A stretch of DNA of 59,013 nucleotides from a virus. The position numbers were made by a program, and so were the translations under genes. Location: the UHGV virus genome UHGV-0049545, one strand, 5' to 3'. Shown piece by piece: positions 47,842 through 56,089 of this stretch (positions are counted from its first letter, which is position 1; each line of letters opens with the position of its first letter). The notes beneath the pieces were generated by a model that had not been told where the DNA came from, made no database searches, and worked only from the letters and a program-made list of their open reading frames with translations.

Positions 47842-47877
47842 TTACGAATTTACGGGTTTACCATCTTACCGATTTAC
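47842..47877 (-). repeat. Five TTAC tetranucleotides at exactly 8-bp phase (47842, 47850, 47858, 47866, 47874); in the mRNA, GUAA(A)xxxx x5 immediately 5' of the SD/ATG of the SSB-like gene
   Basis: Read directly. Confidence 0.8.
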
Positions 47878-49223
47878 ACTTCATCGTCGTCATCTTCGTC
47901 GTCATAGGCGCCGGAATATTTCTGATCCAGTGGTGGCCGCTTATCAGTCAGCGGTACCAGGGTCGGCTTACCTTCCGGCTTCCATACGACGCTTTCGATG
48001 ACCATTGGCGCGCCGGCGCGTGACAGTCCAAGTTTATCCCGAAGGACTTCTTCCATCTGCGCCGGCGAGCGCAATTCCGTTTTCATATAGTCTTTTTCGT
48101 CAAGGCCAAGGAAATCATACAGCTCCCTGGCCTTTTCGACATTGGTATGTGCACGGTTAGAGCGTGATTCCACCAGCTTATGCCCGGGAACCGGCTTACC
48201 GTCTTTCGCGGCCCGCTCCAGCTCCAGGTCCAGGCGGGCGAACCAGTTTTCAATCACTTTGCGGTAAGGCAGTATCTTGGCCATCTCGGCAACGGACAGA
48301 TCGCCGAACTTCGCCTTCCGCATTTTGTATTCGTCCGCCAGGGCGGCGCGTAACTGCGACATCTCATAGTCTCCGAATTCAGTGTCCAGGAATTCGAGGT
48401 CGGCACCGACGGCGCATTCCATCATGTACGCCACAGCTGCGCAATTATGCGCGGCCCGGCACCACCGGCACCCTTTCAGCGTCGCCTTGCGTTTGGCTTT
48501 GAGTGACCAGGCGGCCGCTGCACGCTCGCGGATGAACTCGGCGAAGTCAAGCAATTCGTCGACCGTCACTTCCCAAACGTCGAAATGCTCAAGCCTCGGT
48601 TGTGCGATCCGGATGATGACCCGGTCAAACTCGTACTCATCGCTGAATGCGCGGTACGCCCCGTATGCATAGAGCAACGCCTGGGGGTTGCCTTCCGCGA
48701 AAACCTGGACGCCGGTTCCGTATTTCAGGTCGGTAACAATCAGCACTCGATCGCGAATGATGATGTTATCCGCGGTACCGCCCTGCGGGAGAAACGGCAC
48801 TACTTCGGCATCCGGGTCTTCCTCCAGCTCGTCAGCGTTGGCCGGCGGCATCAGGTCTGTGAACCAGACCCGGATTTCCGTCAGCATCATGCCTTCTTCG
48901 AACCGACACCAGTCAACATAATCCTGAACATAGTCGATCATGGAGCGGGTGACGACAATCTCATGCCGAACGCCTTTTTCCTCGACGACCTGCGTAGTTC
49001 CGATAAGATGCGTCGGTCGGATGTCCGTTTTCAGCCACTGCTCGGCGATGCCATGGGCGACGGTTCCTTCCGCCGCTTCATAGCTGCACTCGTCCTCTTC
49101 GAAAAGGTTGGCCAGCAGACTTCCGCCGCAGGCCGTCCACATCGCAGAGGCAGACGGCGCGAAAATAGAATGTCCGCCGCCGGCAAACTCCTGCATAACA
49201 CGAACCAGGAAAGACTTACTCAT
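47874..49223 (-). CDS. PD-(D/E)XK nuclease, DUF2800/Cas4-like with C-terminal Cys cluster, C-terminus ...DDEDDDDEV
   Basis: ...CRWCRAAHNCAAV... four-Cys cluster. Confidence 0.65.
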   Translation of the reverse strand: MSKSFLVRVMQEFAGGGHSIFAPSASAMWTACGGSLLANLFEEDECSYEAAEGTVAHGIAEQWLKTDIRPTHLIGTTQVVEEKGVRHEIVVTRSMIDYVQDYVDWCRFEEGMMLTEIRVWFTDLMPPANADELEEDPDAEVVPFLPQGGTADNIIIRDRVLIVTDLKYGTGVQVFAEGNPQALLYAYGAYRAFSDEYEFDRVIIRIAQPRLEHFDVWEVTVDELLDFAEFIRERAAAAWSLKAKRKATLKGCRWCRAAHNCAAVAYMMECAVGADLEFLDTEFGDYEMSQLRAALADEYKMRKAKFGDLSVAEMAKILPYRKVIENWFARLDLELERAAKDGKPVPGHKLVESRSNRAHTNVEKARELYDFLGLDEKDYMKTELRSPAQMEEVLRDKLGLSRAGAPMVIESVVWKPEGKPTLVPLTDKRPPLDQKYSGAYDDEDDDDEV

Positions 49224-49566
49224 CCGGGTAGCCTTTTATGGCACGTAAAATTCGTTCAACGCCTACTTCATCGATTGTCTTTTTAACCGCCATTGCGCCG
49301 GCCCTTCCATAGTTGTTCCGTTTCAGGTTATAGCGGGATTTCGCTAACAGGTCGAAACGGAAATCGGTGAAACGGTATCCGGATCCAACGTGGGTGACGA
49401 CGAAACGGAATTCCCCATTAATCCGCCGGCCGTTCTGGCCACGCGCGGGGGAAGTTACTCTGAATAAGGGGTTACGGTCGCCGATTTCAAAGCGGAACTC
49501 TGCCCACATAGGGACTTCCTCCTCGCCTTTAATTGTCATCGCTATCGCCGTTCCAAACTTATTCAC
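49216..49566 (-). CDS. hypothetical protein
   Basis: ORF; first gene of the leftward replication block. Confidence 0.45.
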   Translation of the reverse strand: MNKFGTAIAMTIKGEEEVPMWAEFRFEIGDRNPLFRVTSPARGQNGRRINGEFRFVVTHVGSGYRFTDFRFDLLAKSRYNLKRNNYGRAGAMAVKKTIDEVGVERILRAIKGYPDE

Positions 49567-49580
49567 AATAACCTCTCTGC

Positions 49581-49603
49581 TAAAACGGCCCCCGCAGGGG
49601 CCG
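49581..49603 (-). terminator. Leftward terminator-like hairpin (CGGCCCC-N4-GGGGCCG + UUUUA) after the 49621 gene
   Basis: 7-bp GC stem; short U-run. Confidence 0.4.
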
Positions 49604-49620
49604 AGTTACACGATCGAAGA

Positions 49621-50013
49621 TTAAACGTCGTCTTCTTCGGAGTTGCCTTCGTCCTCTTCCGGTTCGGCCAGTTTGGCTTCACACAGGTCAAAGATCGCGT
49701 CGAAGTGTTCTTCTTTCGCTTCGGCGATTTTGGCCAGGCCGAATTTCGCGGTGATCTTTTTGGCTTCCGGGGCGCCAAAGCGGTCTTTCACCGCTACAAC
49801 CGCAGCGACTACTTCGTCTTTGGTGTGTTTCGGCTTGTCTGCCGCAGCAGTGGATTTGCCTTTGGCGGTGGTTTTACCTTTGGCGGTGGTCTTACCGGCG
49901 CCAGCGTCTTCACCTGCTGCAGCGGAAGAAGCGCCGCCATTAGCCAGCAGCTGTTCCAGCAGGGAGTTGGTTTTTTGTTGTTCGGCCAGCAGCTGTTCAA
50001 AAATACCTGACAT
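49621..50013 (-). CDS. hypothetical low-complexity K/A/T-rich protein with tandem KTTAKG repeats, C-terminus ...EEDDV
   Basis: ORF. Confidence 0.45.
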   Translation of the reverse strand: MSGIFEQLLAEQQKTNSLLEQLLANGGASSAAAGEDAGAGKTTAKGKTTAKGKSTAAADKPKHTKDEVVAAVVAVKDRFGAPEAKKITAKFGLAKIAEAKEEHFDAIFDLCEAKLAEPEEDEGNSEEDDV

Positions 50014-50047
50014 AGTTAAATCCTCGTTCGGTTAATTTGGGTTTGTC

Positions 50048-50094
50048 GTGTTGACGGTTTGGAGTATGGCCATTGCTGCATCGCGTGTCAACAC
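50048..50094. promoter_or_regulatory. Inverted repeat GTGTTGAC...GTCAACAC (31-bp spacer) in the divergent 49621/50243 control region; candidate operator. A TTGACAC... -35 reads on the minus strand at 50094-50088.
   Basis: Read directly. Confidence 0.45.
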
Positions 50095-50242
50095 TTTCGC
50101 AAAAATATTTTCGGTGCATATTGGTTTTTTCGGGGATCATTGTGGAATGGCTCAGGGTCGCCGGGAATCGCCCCCTTTACTTTGTAGCAGCGCGAGACTA
50201 ATATCCGTTTTACTTACACGCACACACACGCGAGGACCATCT

Positions 50243-50524
50243 ATGAAATTTCCACCGTGGGCTATTAAAGACCACTCCCTGAGACCGCGTTACCTCGCTG
50301 GTATCGCTGCCCTGGAGGTAGACCCGGACGGCAACCTTACCAAACTGGCGAAGGCGGCTGGCGTAAATTACGACACTATGATCTGGAATATCCGCAACAC
50401 CGTTTCCGGGCAGATGGCCGTCAAAATTTGTGAGGCCGCTAAAACTTCTGGCATCCGACCACATTGGTTCACTAACCCGGACTGGATAAAAATCGACCCG
50501 GATACAGGGGAAATTCTTGAATGA
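50243..50524 (+). CDS. putative HTH DNA-binding regulator (Cro/YdaS-like, 93 aa)
   Basis: ...DGNLTKLAKAAGVNYDTMIWNIRN... HTH; ATG 50243 behind GAGGACC. Confidence 0.45.
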   Translation: MKFPPWAIKDHSLRPRYLAGIAALEVDPDGNLTKLAKAAGVNYDTMIWNIRNTVSGQMAVKICEAAKTSGIRPHWFTNPDWIKIDPDTGEILE

Positions 50525-53109
50525 ACTACTGGAACGAATACGGAATAGCGCTGTGGGAAAACGGCTTCACCGTCGTTCCCATCATTCCGCCTGACTCGCC
50601 CAGGCCAAAAGCAGGAAAACGGCCTGCGTTCGAAGACTGGCAGAAAATCGAGAACACCCGTGGCCAGATTAACGGTTTCGCGAAGAAATACGCGTCATCC
50701 GGCATCGGCATCCTGACCAAGCACACCCCGGCGGTAGACATTGACGTCTACGACAAAGACGGGGTTAAGCACATGATGGCCATTGTCGAAAAGAAAATCG
50801 GCGCCGGCCCGGTTCGTGTTGGCCGTCAACCTAAAAAACTGGTGCTTTGCCATACCGACGAGCCGTTCAAAAAGGTCAAGTCCGCCACCTGGGAAGATGA
50901 CTTCGGCCAGCGCCATGCCGTCGAAATCCTCGGTGATGGCCAGCAGTTCGTCGCCTTCGGTATACACCCGGATACGCGCAAGGAATACACATGGATCACC
51001 GATGATACCCCTGTGAACTGCGCGGCCGCCATGGACCTGCCTGAAATCACGCTGGAGATCGCCCGCGATATCGCCGATGCGTTCGACGCCTATGCCGAAA
51101 AACAGGGATGGATGAAAGTCGCACGGGCCATTAACGGACGGGCGGCGGAAGGCGAAGCGGACGATGACGACTGGGCGGCAATGGCCACCGTCACCAAGTG
51201 GGACGGCACCTACGACGAGCTGCGCGATATCGTCATGAAATACCCTGACCCGGAGAACTATGAAAACTGGATCCGGGTAATGGCAGCGCTGCAGGTGTCA
51301 TGCCGCGATCAGGATGAAGCGAAAGAGATCGCCCGCGACTGGTCCATGCAGGCGGATAACTATGACGAGTCGGAATTCGAGTACAAGTGGGAAAAAGGCT
51401 TCACCCATGATGCCCAGACGCTGGTGACAATCGGCACCATCATCAAAACGGTCCACGAAATCGAAGAGAAGGAAGCCCGGGAACAGGTTTCCGAGTTCAC
51501 CGAGGCATTCAACGAAGTCACCACCATGGCGGACTGGAAAGCCTGGGCAGACGACTTCCGTAAGCTGCGGGTTTTCGGCATTGAGCGCCAGCCGACTATT
51601 GACGCGGCCAAGAAAGCCTACAAACGCCTGAACGAAAGCGCGCTGACCAACAAAGCCGTTAAAGAGTACCTCAGTTTCGACTTTTCCCGTGCGGATACAC
51701 CTAACTGGCTGAAAGAATACGTTTTTGCACAGGCCCAGGACGCCTTTGTCAGCCGGAAAACCGGGGTTTTACTGTCAAAAGGCGCCTTCGATTCGTCCCA
51801 TGGGCGTGATATCGGCGACGTGGAAGGCGGTTTATCACCGAATAAGTTCGCCACGGACGTCGTAAAAATCCCGATTATTCACGACGTTATGTACTATCCG
51901 GAGATGCATGGCGGCATGCAGGAGACGAAATGGACGCAAAAAGAAGGTCTTTTGGGGCCGGAATTCTTCTATGACGACTCCGGATTGCTACGTTTGAACA
52001 CGTTTTCGCCTGAAAGCATCCCAAAAGCAGCGGAAAAACTGTCAAAACTGGACAAAAAAGCCATTTCTATCGTCAAAGACCTCTTTATCGTGCTGTTTCC
52101 TGACACGAAAGAGCGGACGTACGTCATGGACTGGCTGGCGCACATCGTCCAGCACCCGACAAAGCGCATCAACTATTCGCTGCTCATCCGCGGGGCGCAC
52201 GGTTCGGGTAAATCCACGATCGGGGTGCTTATGCGCGAAATGCTGGGGGCGCAGAACATCGGGTACGTCTCTAACTCCGTGATGAATGGCCGTTTCACCG
52301 ACTGGGCGGAAGGCCACATCCTGAAAATCGTGGAAGAGGTGTATGACAAAGGCGATCGGTACAGCGCCGTCGATAAGCAGAAGGAATTTATCTCGAACGA
52401 CCGCTTCCAGGTGGAAGGGAAAGGCGTCAAGCCGCGTGACGTGGTGAATACCAGCTCGAAATTAATGTTCACCAACCACATCAACGCGCTGCCGCTGGAC
52501 GAGAACCAGCGCCGCTACCTGGTCGTCTCCACGCAGGCAGAAAACCATCTCGATATGGACCGCGTTTACGGGTCGGCAAAGGAACGCGAGAAGTTCTTCT
52601 CTAACGTCTATAGGGCTATCGAAAATCACGGTCCTGCCATTAAGAAATGGTTCCTCGAATGGGAGATCTCCCCGGACTTCAACCATAAGGGCCATGCCCC
52701 GCAGGACACCCGTGCTTTCCAGGTAATGATGGAGGCTTCCAGCGACGGCGTCGGCGAGATGTTAGCCACCATGATCAGGGAGAACGAGACACTGGGCGTG
52801 TGCAAAGACATTATTTTCTCGCCCGCTTTAAAGGACGCTTTTATGGAGATGCCGGACGTCGAAATGCCGAAGACGAACCGACTAAAAAACCTCCTCCTGG
52901 ACCTCGGTTTTGAGCCGGGTGGACTGCTAAAAATCGATGGCGTTACCGGCCGGTGCTTCACCAGAAGAAACGTGAGAGCGGCAAAAGGTGAAGACGGAAA
53001 GCTAAACACTGAATGGGCGCGGAAAACGCTAAACGCCCACAATGAACTTGTTGAATCGAAAATCGGGAAACACAAAACCGCGTTCGATGATGAAGACGAT
53101 GAGGTTTGA
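50521..53109 (+). CDS. primase-helicase: N-terminal bifunctional prim-pol domain plus D5-like P-loop helicase (GAHGSGKST), C-terminus ...DDEDDEV
   Basis: Domain motifs read directly; 862 aa. Confidence 0.8.
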   Translation: MNYWNEYGIALWENGFTVVPIIPPDSPRPKAGKRPAFEDWQKIENTRGQINGFAKKYASSGIGILTKHTPAVDIDVYDKDGVKHMMAIVEKKIGAGPVRVGRQPKKLVLCHTDEPFKKVKSATWEDDFGQRHAVEILGDGQQFVAFGIHPDTRKEYTWITDDTPVNCAAAMDLPEITLEIARDIADAFDAYAEKQGWMKVARAINGRAAEGEADDDDWAAMATVTKWDGTYDELRDIVMKYPDPENYENWIRVMAALQVSCRDQDEAKEIARDWSMQADNYDESEFEYKWEKGFTHDAQTLVTIGTIIKTVHEIEEKEAREQVSEFTEAFNEVTTMADWKAWADDFRKLRVFGIERQPTIDAAKKAYKRLNESALTNKAVKEYLSFDFSRADTPNWLKEYVFAQAQDAFVSRKTGVLLSKGAFDSSHGRDIGDVEGGLSPNKFATDVVKIPIIHDVMYYPEMHGGMQETKWTQKEGLLGPEFFYDDSGLLRLNTFSPESIPKAAEKLSKLDKKAISIVKDLFIVLFPDTKERTYVMDWLAHIVQHPTKRINYSLLIRGAHGSGKSTIGVLMREMLGAQNIGYVSNSVMNGRFTDWAEGHILKIVEEVYDKGDRYSAVDKQKEFISNDRFQVEGKGVKPRDVVNTSSKLMFTNHINALPLDENQRRYLVVSTQAENHLDMDRVYGSAKEREKFFSNVYRAIENHGPAIKKWFLEWEISPDFNHKGHAPQDTRAFQVMMEASSDGVGEMLATMIRENETLGVCKDIIFSPALKDAFMEMPDVEMPKTNRLKNLLLDLGFEPGGLLKIDGVTGRCFTRRNVRAAKGEDGKLNTEWARKTLNAHNELVESKIGKHKTAFDDEDDEV

Positions 53110-53121
53110 AACGGTCGAAAT

Positions 53122-53146
53122 AAAAAGGGGGCGAAAGCCCCTTTTT
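53122..53146. terminator. Bidirectional terminator AAAAAGGGGGCgaaaGCCCCTTTTT between the primase gene and the 53146 gene
   Basis: Hairpin flanked by an A-run and a T-run. Confidence 0.7.
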
Positions 53147-53673
53147 CATTTTGTGATGCTGAATGGGTACCGGGCGTTCAGGTGGTTTACGGTCAGTGTT
53201 ACGCTAGGGTAAAAAAGTTGAAGGGCGGGGAGCGTAGTATCCACCTTTGCAACACTTTTACGGGATAGCGTCCCTTGTGGGAGGAACGTTTTAGCTTCCA
53301 CAGCCCGCAAGCTCATGCCGTGTGCCTTCGCGGAAATGACGATTTCCATGAAAATGCGATATCTAAGCGCCCGTATGTACGCTTCTACCTCTTCCTGGTC
53401 CAGGTGGTATTGTGGCATAACGCGGCTCGATGCTACTGTGCGGGCGTTGAAGCCATTCCGCATTGAAACTTTTATTTGAAATAGCAGACCTTCCGATACC
53501 GCAAGTCTTATGACTGATTCAAGGCCATAGCGGTCCATGTCCACCCCCCGTTTAATCCTATCCAGGTCGCGTTTGCGTCTGGTCTTGGGCTGGCTATCGG
53601 CGGCCGTAAATTTCAAATTTTTTAGCGCGGAAATTATCTCATTTCTGACGGCTAAAACCACTGGATGTCTCAT
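53146..53673 (-). CDS. hypothetical protein next to the repeat-rich noncoding region (start uncertain: 53673 ATG or 53760)
   Basis: ORF. Confidence 0.4.
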   Translation of the reverse strand: MRHPVVLAVRNEIISALKNLKFTAADSQPKTRRKRDLDRIKRGVDMDRYGLESVIRLAVSEGLLFQIKVSMRNGFNARTVASSRVMPQYHLDQEEVEAYIRALRYRIFMEIVISAKAHGMSLRAVEAKTFLPQGTLSRKSVAKVDTTLPALQLFYPSVTLTVNHLNARYPFSITK

Positions 53674-53953
53674 GATAACCTCGGTGTTGTGATTCTTGGT
53701 CAAATTTTGGCACGATGTACAACACTTTTCAACCCTAAAAATGTTGACTTTTATGTACATTTCCGGCGTTTTTGTTGTAGGTCTTGGTCAAGGTAACAAT
53801 CCAACCTGACGGCAATACCATGTTATACAAAGGAAAATCACCAAAAAAAGTAACATAACAAACCGACCTTTACTCGGCGCCGTTATTATAAATAAATACA
53901 CACTCGTTCTTTGTGAATTTTATTCGACTTACTGTATATTATCCCTTTTATTT

Positions 53954-54052
53954 GTTACCTTTGTTACTTTAAGAGAATAACAGTAGAAGAAACAGTAAGA
54001 TAGCGAGGAAACAAAGTGGGTAACAAAGGCGGTAACGAAGATGCTCGTTACC
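53954..54052. repeat. Cluster of GTTACC/GGTAAC hexamers (53954, 53963, 54019, 54031, 54047) with AACAGTA(A/G) repeats, next to a very AT-rich stretch 53880-53950
   Basis: Read directly. Confidence 0.7.
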
Positions 54053-54794
54053 TGACAGCTGCATCAGCACTGGTCCGGCTGCACCAGAGCACCGCCCCAA
54101 AATGTAATGCAATCAATCGGTTGCGGGGCTAAAACGGCCTTTAGGGCACCACCCCTGGAACGCAAAATCACGTCTGCCCTACGGGCAAAACTCGAAAAAA
54201 CGCCTGTAAATCATGAATTTCCGAAGTGGGGCTATGGGGATTTCGCCGCATTTTCTTCCACCGCGGCTCTGCGCACCCCCGGCACACCGGACCCCCTCGG
54301 AAGTACCTTTTTGAATTCGATCCGGATTCCTTCTCCAGCGCCACGGAGACGGGCGCAGCCTCGATCATGGTACACCCCTACAGCATACCCCCACGATAGC
54401 CGCGCCTGACCCCCATAGCGGCGGCATAATCGGCATACCTCCACCCGGTCACACGGTCACATAGCCACCCCGACACAAAAACACCCCCGATCACTACGAT
54501 CAGCGGCCTCATTGAACCTGCATCATGTGCATTGATACGGTCACACCCGGACAGCGCCTATAACACCCGCCCCGTGTGCAATACAGCAAGACCACAGCAC
54601 GCTATAACACCCCCGCCACTATGCCGGGGTGCACCTATAACATGTGCAAATAAACGGGCTTTAAAACGCTGTGTAGGACGGCGTAAAGGGGGGAGTCTTT
54701 GCAACTGGTCGGGTGCAACTTCTTTTCATCCACTGGCCACGCCAGCGGCCTTAACGATGGTCCGCGATCCTTTGGTTCGGGTTTATCGCAGACG

Positions 54795-54820
54795 TAAAAA
54801 AGCCCGCTCAACGGCGGGCC
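54795..54820 (-). terminator. Leftward rho-independent terminator ending the 59013->54847 operon (GCCCGC-N6-GCGGGC + UUUUUU)
   Basis: Stem plus a T6 run on the minus strand. Confidence 0.7.
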
Positions 54821-54846
54821 TTTTGGGGAGGGAATACGGCGGGCGG

Positions 54847-55170
54847 TTAATCATTCATGGTGCATAGGGGCGATTCTTCCAGACACTCACCCATCACGTG
54901 ATCGTAATTGTCGACCGTGTCCGATGGCATGCCGACATAGTAAAAATCCACGGTCCCGGGGATAGCCGCGAAGATGTAAGCCTGCGATACCGCCCACAGA
55001 TCCGCCGCCGTCATAGGGTCGCCGTCAAAGTCGGCCATCTCCGCCTCAGCATGCGCGATCATTGCATTGTTGCGGATATCGTCCGGCGTCGCCCCGCTCA
55101 CCGTTACCACAATCGGATCGGACGGGTCGCGCATATCATTACAGATCAGAATTGTCAGACGTTTTTTCAT
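54847..55170 (-). CDS. hypothetical protein
   Basis: ATG 55170 has the best SD; the longer ORF runs to 55197. Confidence 0.4.
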   Translation of the reverse strand: MKKRLTILICNDMRDPSDPIVVTVSGATPDDIRNNAMIAHAEAEMADFDGDPMTAADLWAVSQAYIFAAIPGTVDFYYVGMPSDTVDNYDHVMGECLEESPLCTMND

Positions 55171-55480
55171 TTTTCTTACCCTTGTTAAGACCTTCATTCA
55201 GTAGCGCGCGGAACTGCGCGGCGTGCTGTTCCCGCCCGGCTTTCTTGGCGCGTTGTAGTGCCCTGATCACCCTCGGGTCATCCCTAAGCGGTTCACTTTT
55301 GGCGTCCCTGTAACCTTCCATAACGCCGATATGATAGGCCGCCATTACCGCCTCTCTGATTTGCCCGCGCATATCTTCCACGTCATCCGCGCTATTCACC
55401 GTAGCGACCGGCTTTTGTAGGTTATCGTCCTTGTACAGCAGGACTACTGACCCTTTCACGTCCGTTTTAAAGTTACTCAC
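55139..55480 (-). CDS. hypothetical protein
   Basis: ORF. Confidence 0.45.
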   Translation of the reverse strand: MSNFKTDVKGSVVLLYKDDNLQKPVATVNSADDVEDMRGQIREAVMAAYHIGVMEGYRDAKSEPLRDDPRVIRALQRAKKAGREQHAAQFRALLNEGLNKGKKNEKTSDNSDL

Positions 55481-55683
55481 ATCTCACCCCCTACACCGTC
55501 CAGCGGTTCCCCGCGCTTACAGCTGATCGCGAACAATGCCGCCTTCTCCGGGAACTGTGCAACGGACTTGATGCAATCGCTATACGACAAATCGCCGTCG
55601 ATCACGTAGTCATCACAATCGGACGCCAGCGCGCCCGGGTTAACCGTGCACAGGGTTACAACTAAAAACCATACGGAAGCCAT
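55477..55683 (-). CDS. small secreted Cys-containing protein (signal peptide MASVWFLVVTLCTVNPGALA|SD)
   Basis: ATG 55683 behind AAAGGGG; signal peptide. Confidence 0.5.
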   Translation of the reverse strand: MASVWFLVVTLCTVNPGALASDCDDYVIDGDLSYSDCIKSVAQFPEKAALFAISCKRGEPLDGVGGEM

Positions 55684-55696
55684 GATAAAACCCCTT

Positions 55697-55822
55697 TTAC
55701 TTTTTGAATTTACGACCGCTTGCGCGGAGTTTACGACGGTATTCACAGGAAATGACGATAACCATTGCGGCGAACATCACCGCCGGAAAAATGATTTCCA
55801 CGACATCACGGAAAGCGAACAT
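55697..55822 (-). CDS. unlisted 41-aa membrane peptide MFAFRDVVEIIFPAVMFAAMVIVISCEYRRKLRASGRKFKK
   Basis: ATG 55822 five nt after AGGGGG; single TM helix plus basic tail; below the ORF-track size cut-off. Confidence 0.35.
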   Translation of the reverse strand: MFAFRDVVEIIFPAVMFAAMVIVISCEYRRKLRASGRKFKK

Positions 55823-55831
55823 ACATACCCC

Positions 55832-56089
55832 CTAGAAAAAAGATTTAAGTAGCGCCGGTAAAACCGGATTTTTGCGAATAGTTAGCACTTTGAGACGGTC
55901 CCGCCCCTCAGTGGTCCAGATAGTGACCGTCCAGGCGCGGGCCTTGTCATCCCACGATAGATCGGCATCCACCCGCGTAAAGCGAAGATCGCCCGCCGCT
56001 TTAAAGCCTTTTGCCGTGATATGCCCGATCCACTTCTCCGCCGCGTAGCGAGCTTGCGCCCGGCGAATATCGTTAGCCCGCATATTCAA
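55832..56089 (-). CDS. hypothetical protein
   Basis: ORF. Confidence 0.45.
   Translation of the reverse strand: MNMRANDIRRAQARYAAEKWIGHITAKGFKAAGDLRFTRVDADLSWDDKARAWTVTIWTTEGRDRLKVLTIRKNPVLPALLKSFF

Noticed and set aside
49621-53109. N15/phiKO2-type linear plasmid-prophage, given the large primase-helicase and a repeat-rich noncoding region
   Set aside because: No protelomerase, no ParAB/sop, no long telRL-type palindrome, and the phage has its own PolA. Architecture fits a lytic Chi/Enc34-like phage better.
54090-54125. A third leftward promoter at AAATGTAATGCAATCAATCGGTTGCGGGGC
   Set aside because: Relative to PL1/PL2 the 17-nt spacer is largely deleted (TTGCAT directly abuts TACATT). 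It is probably a decayed remnant, so it is mentioned only as part of the noncoding-region finding.
54107-54867. ORFs 54107..54409(+), 54168..54368(-), 54232..54444(-) and 54532..54867(+)
   Set aside because: They lie in the repeat-rich noncoding region, are C/G-tract rich with P/R/A/G-heavy translations, and lack an SD. A terminator at 54795-54820 would cut 54532..54867. Not treated as genes.
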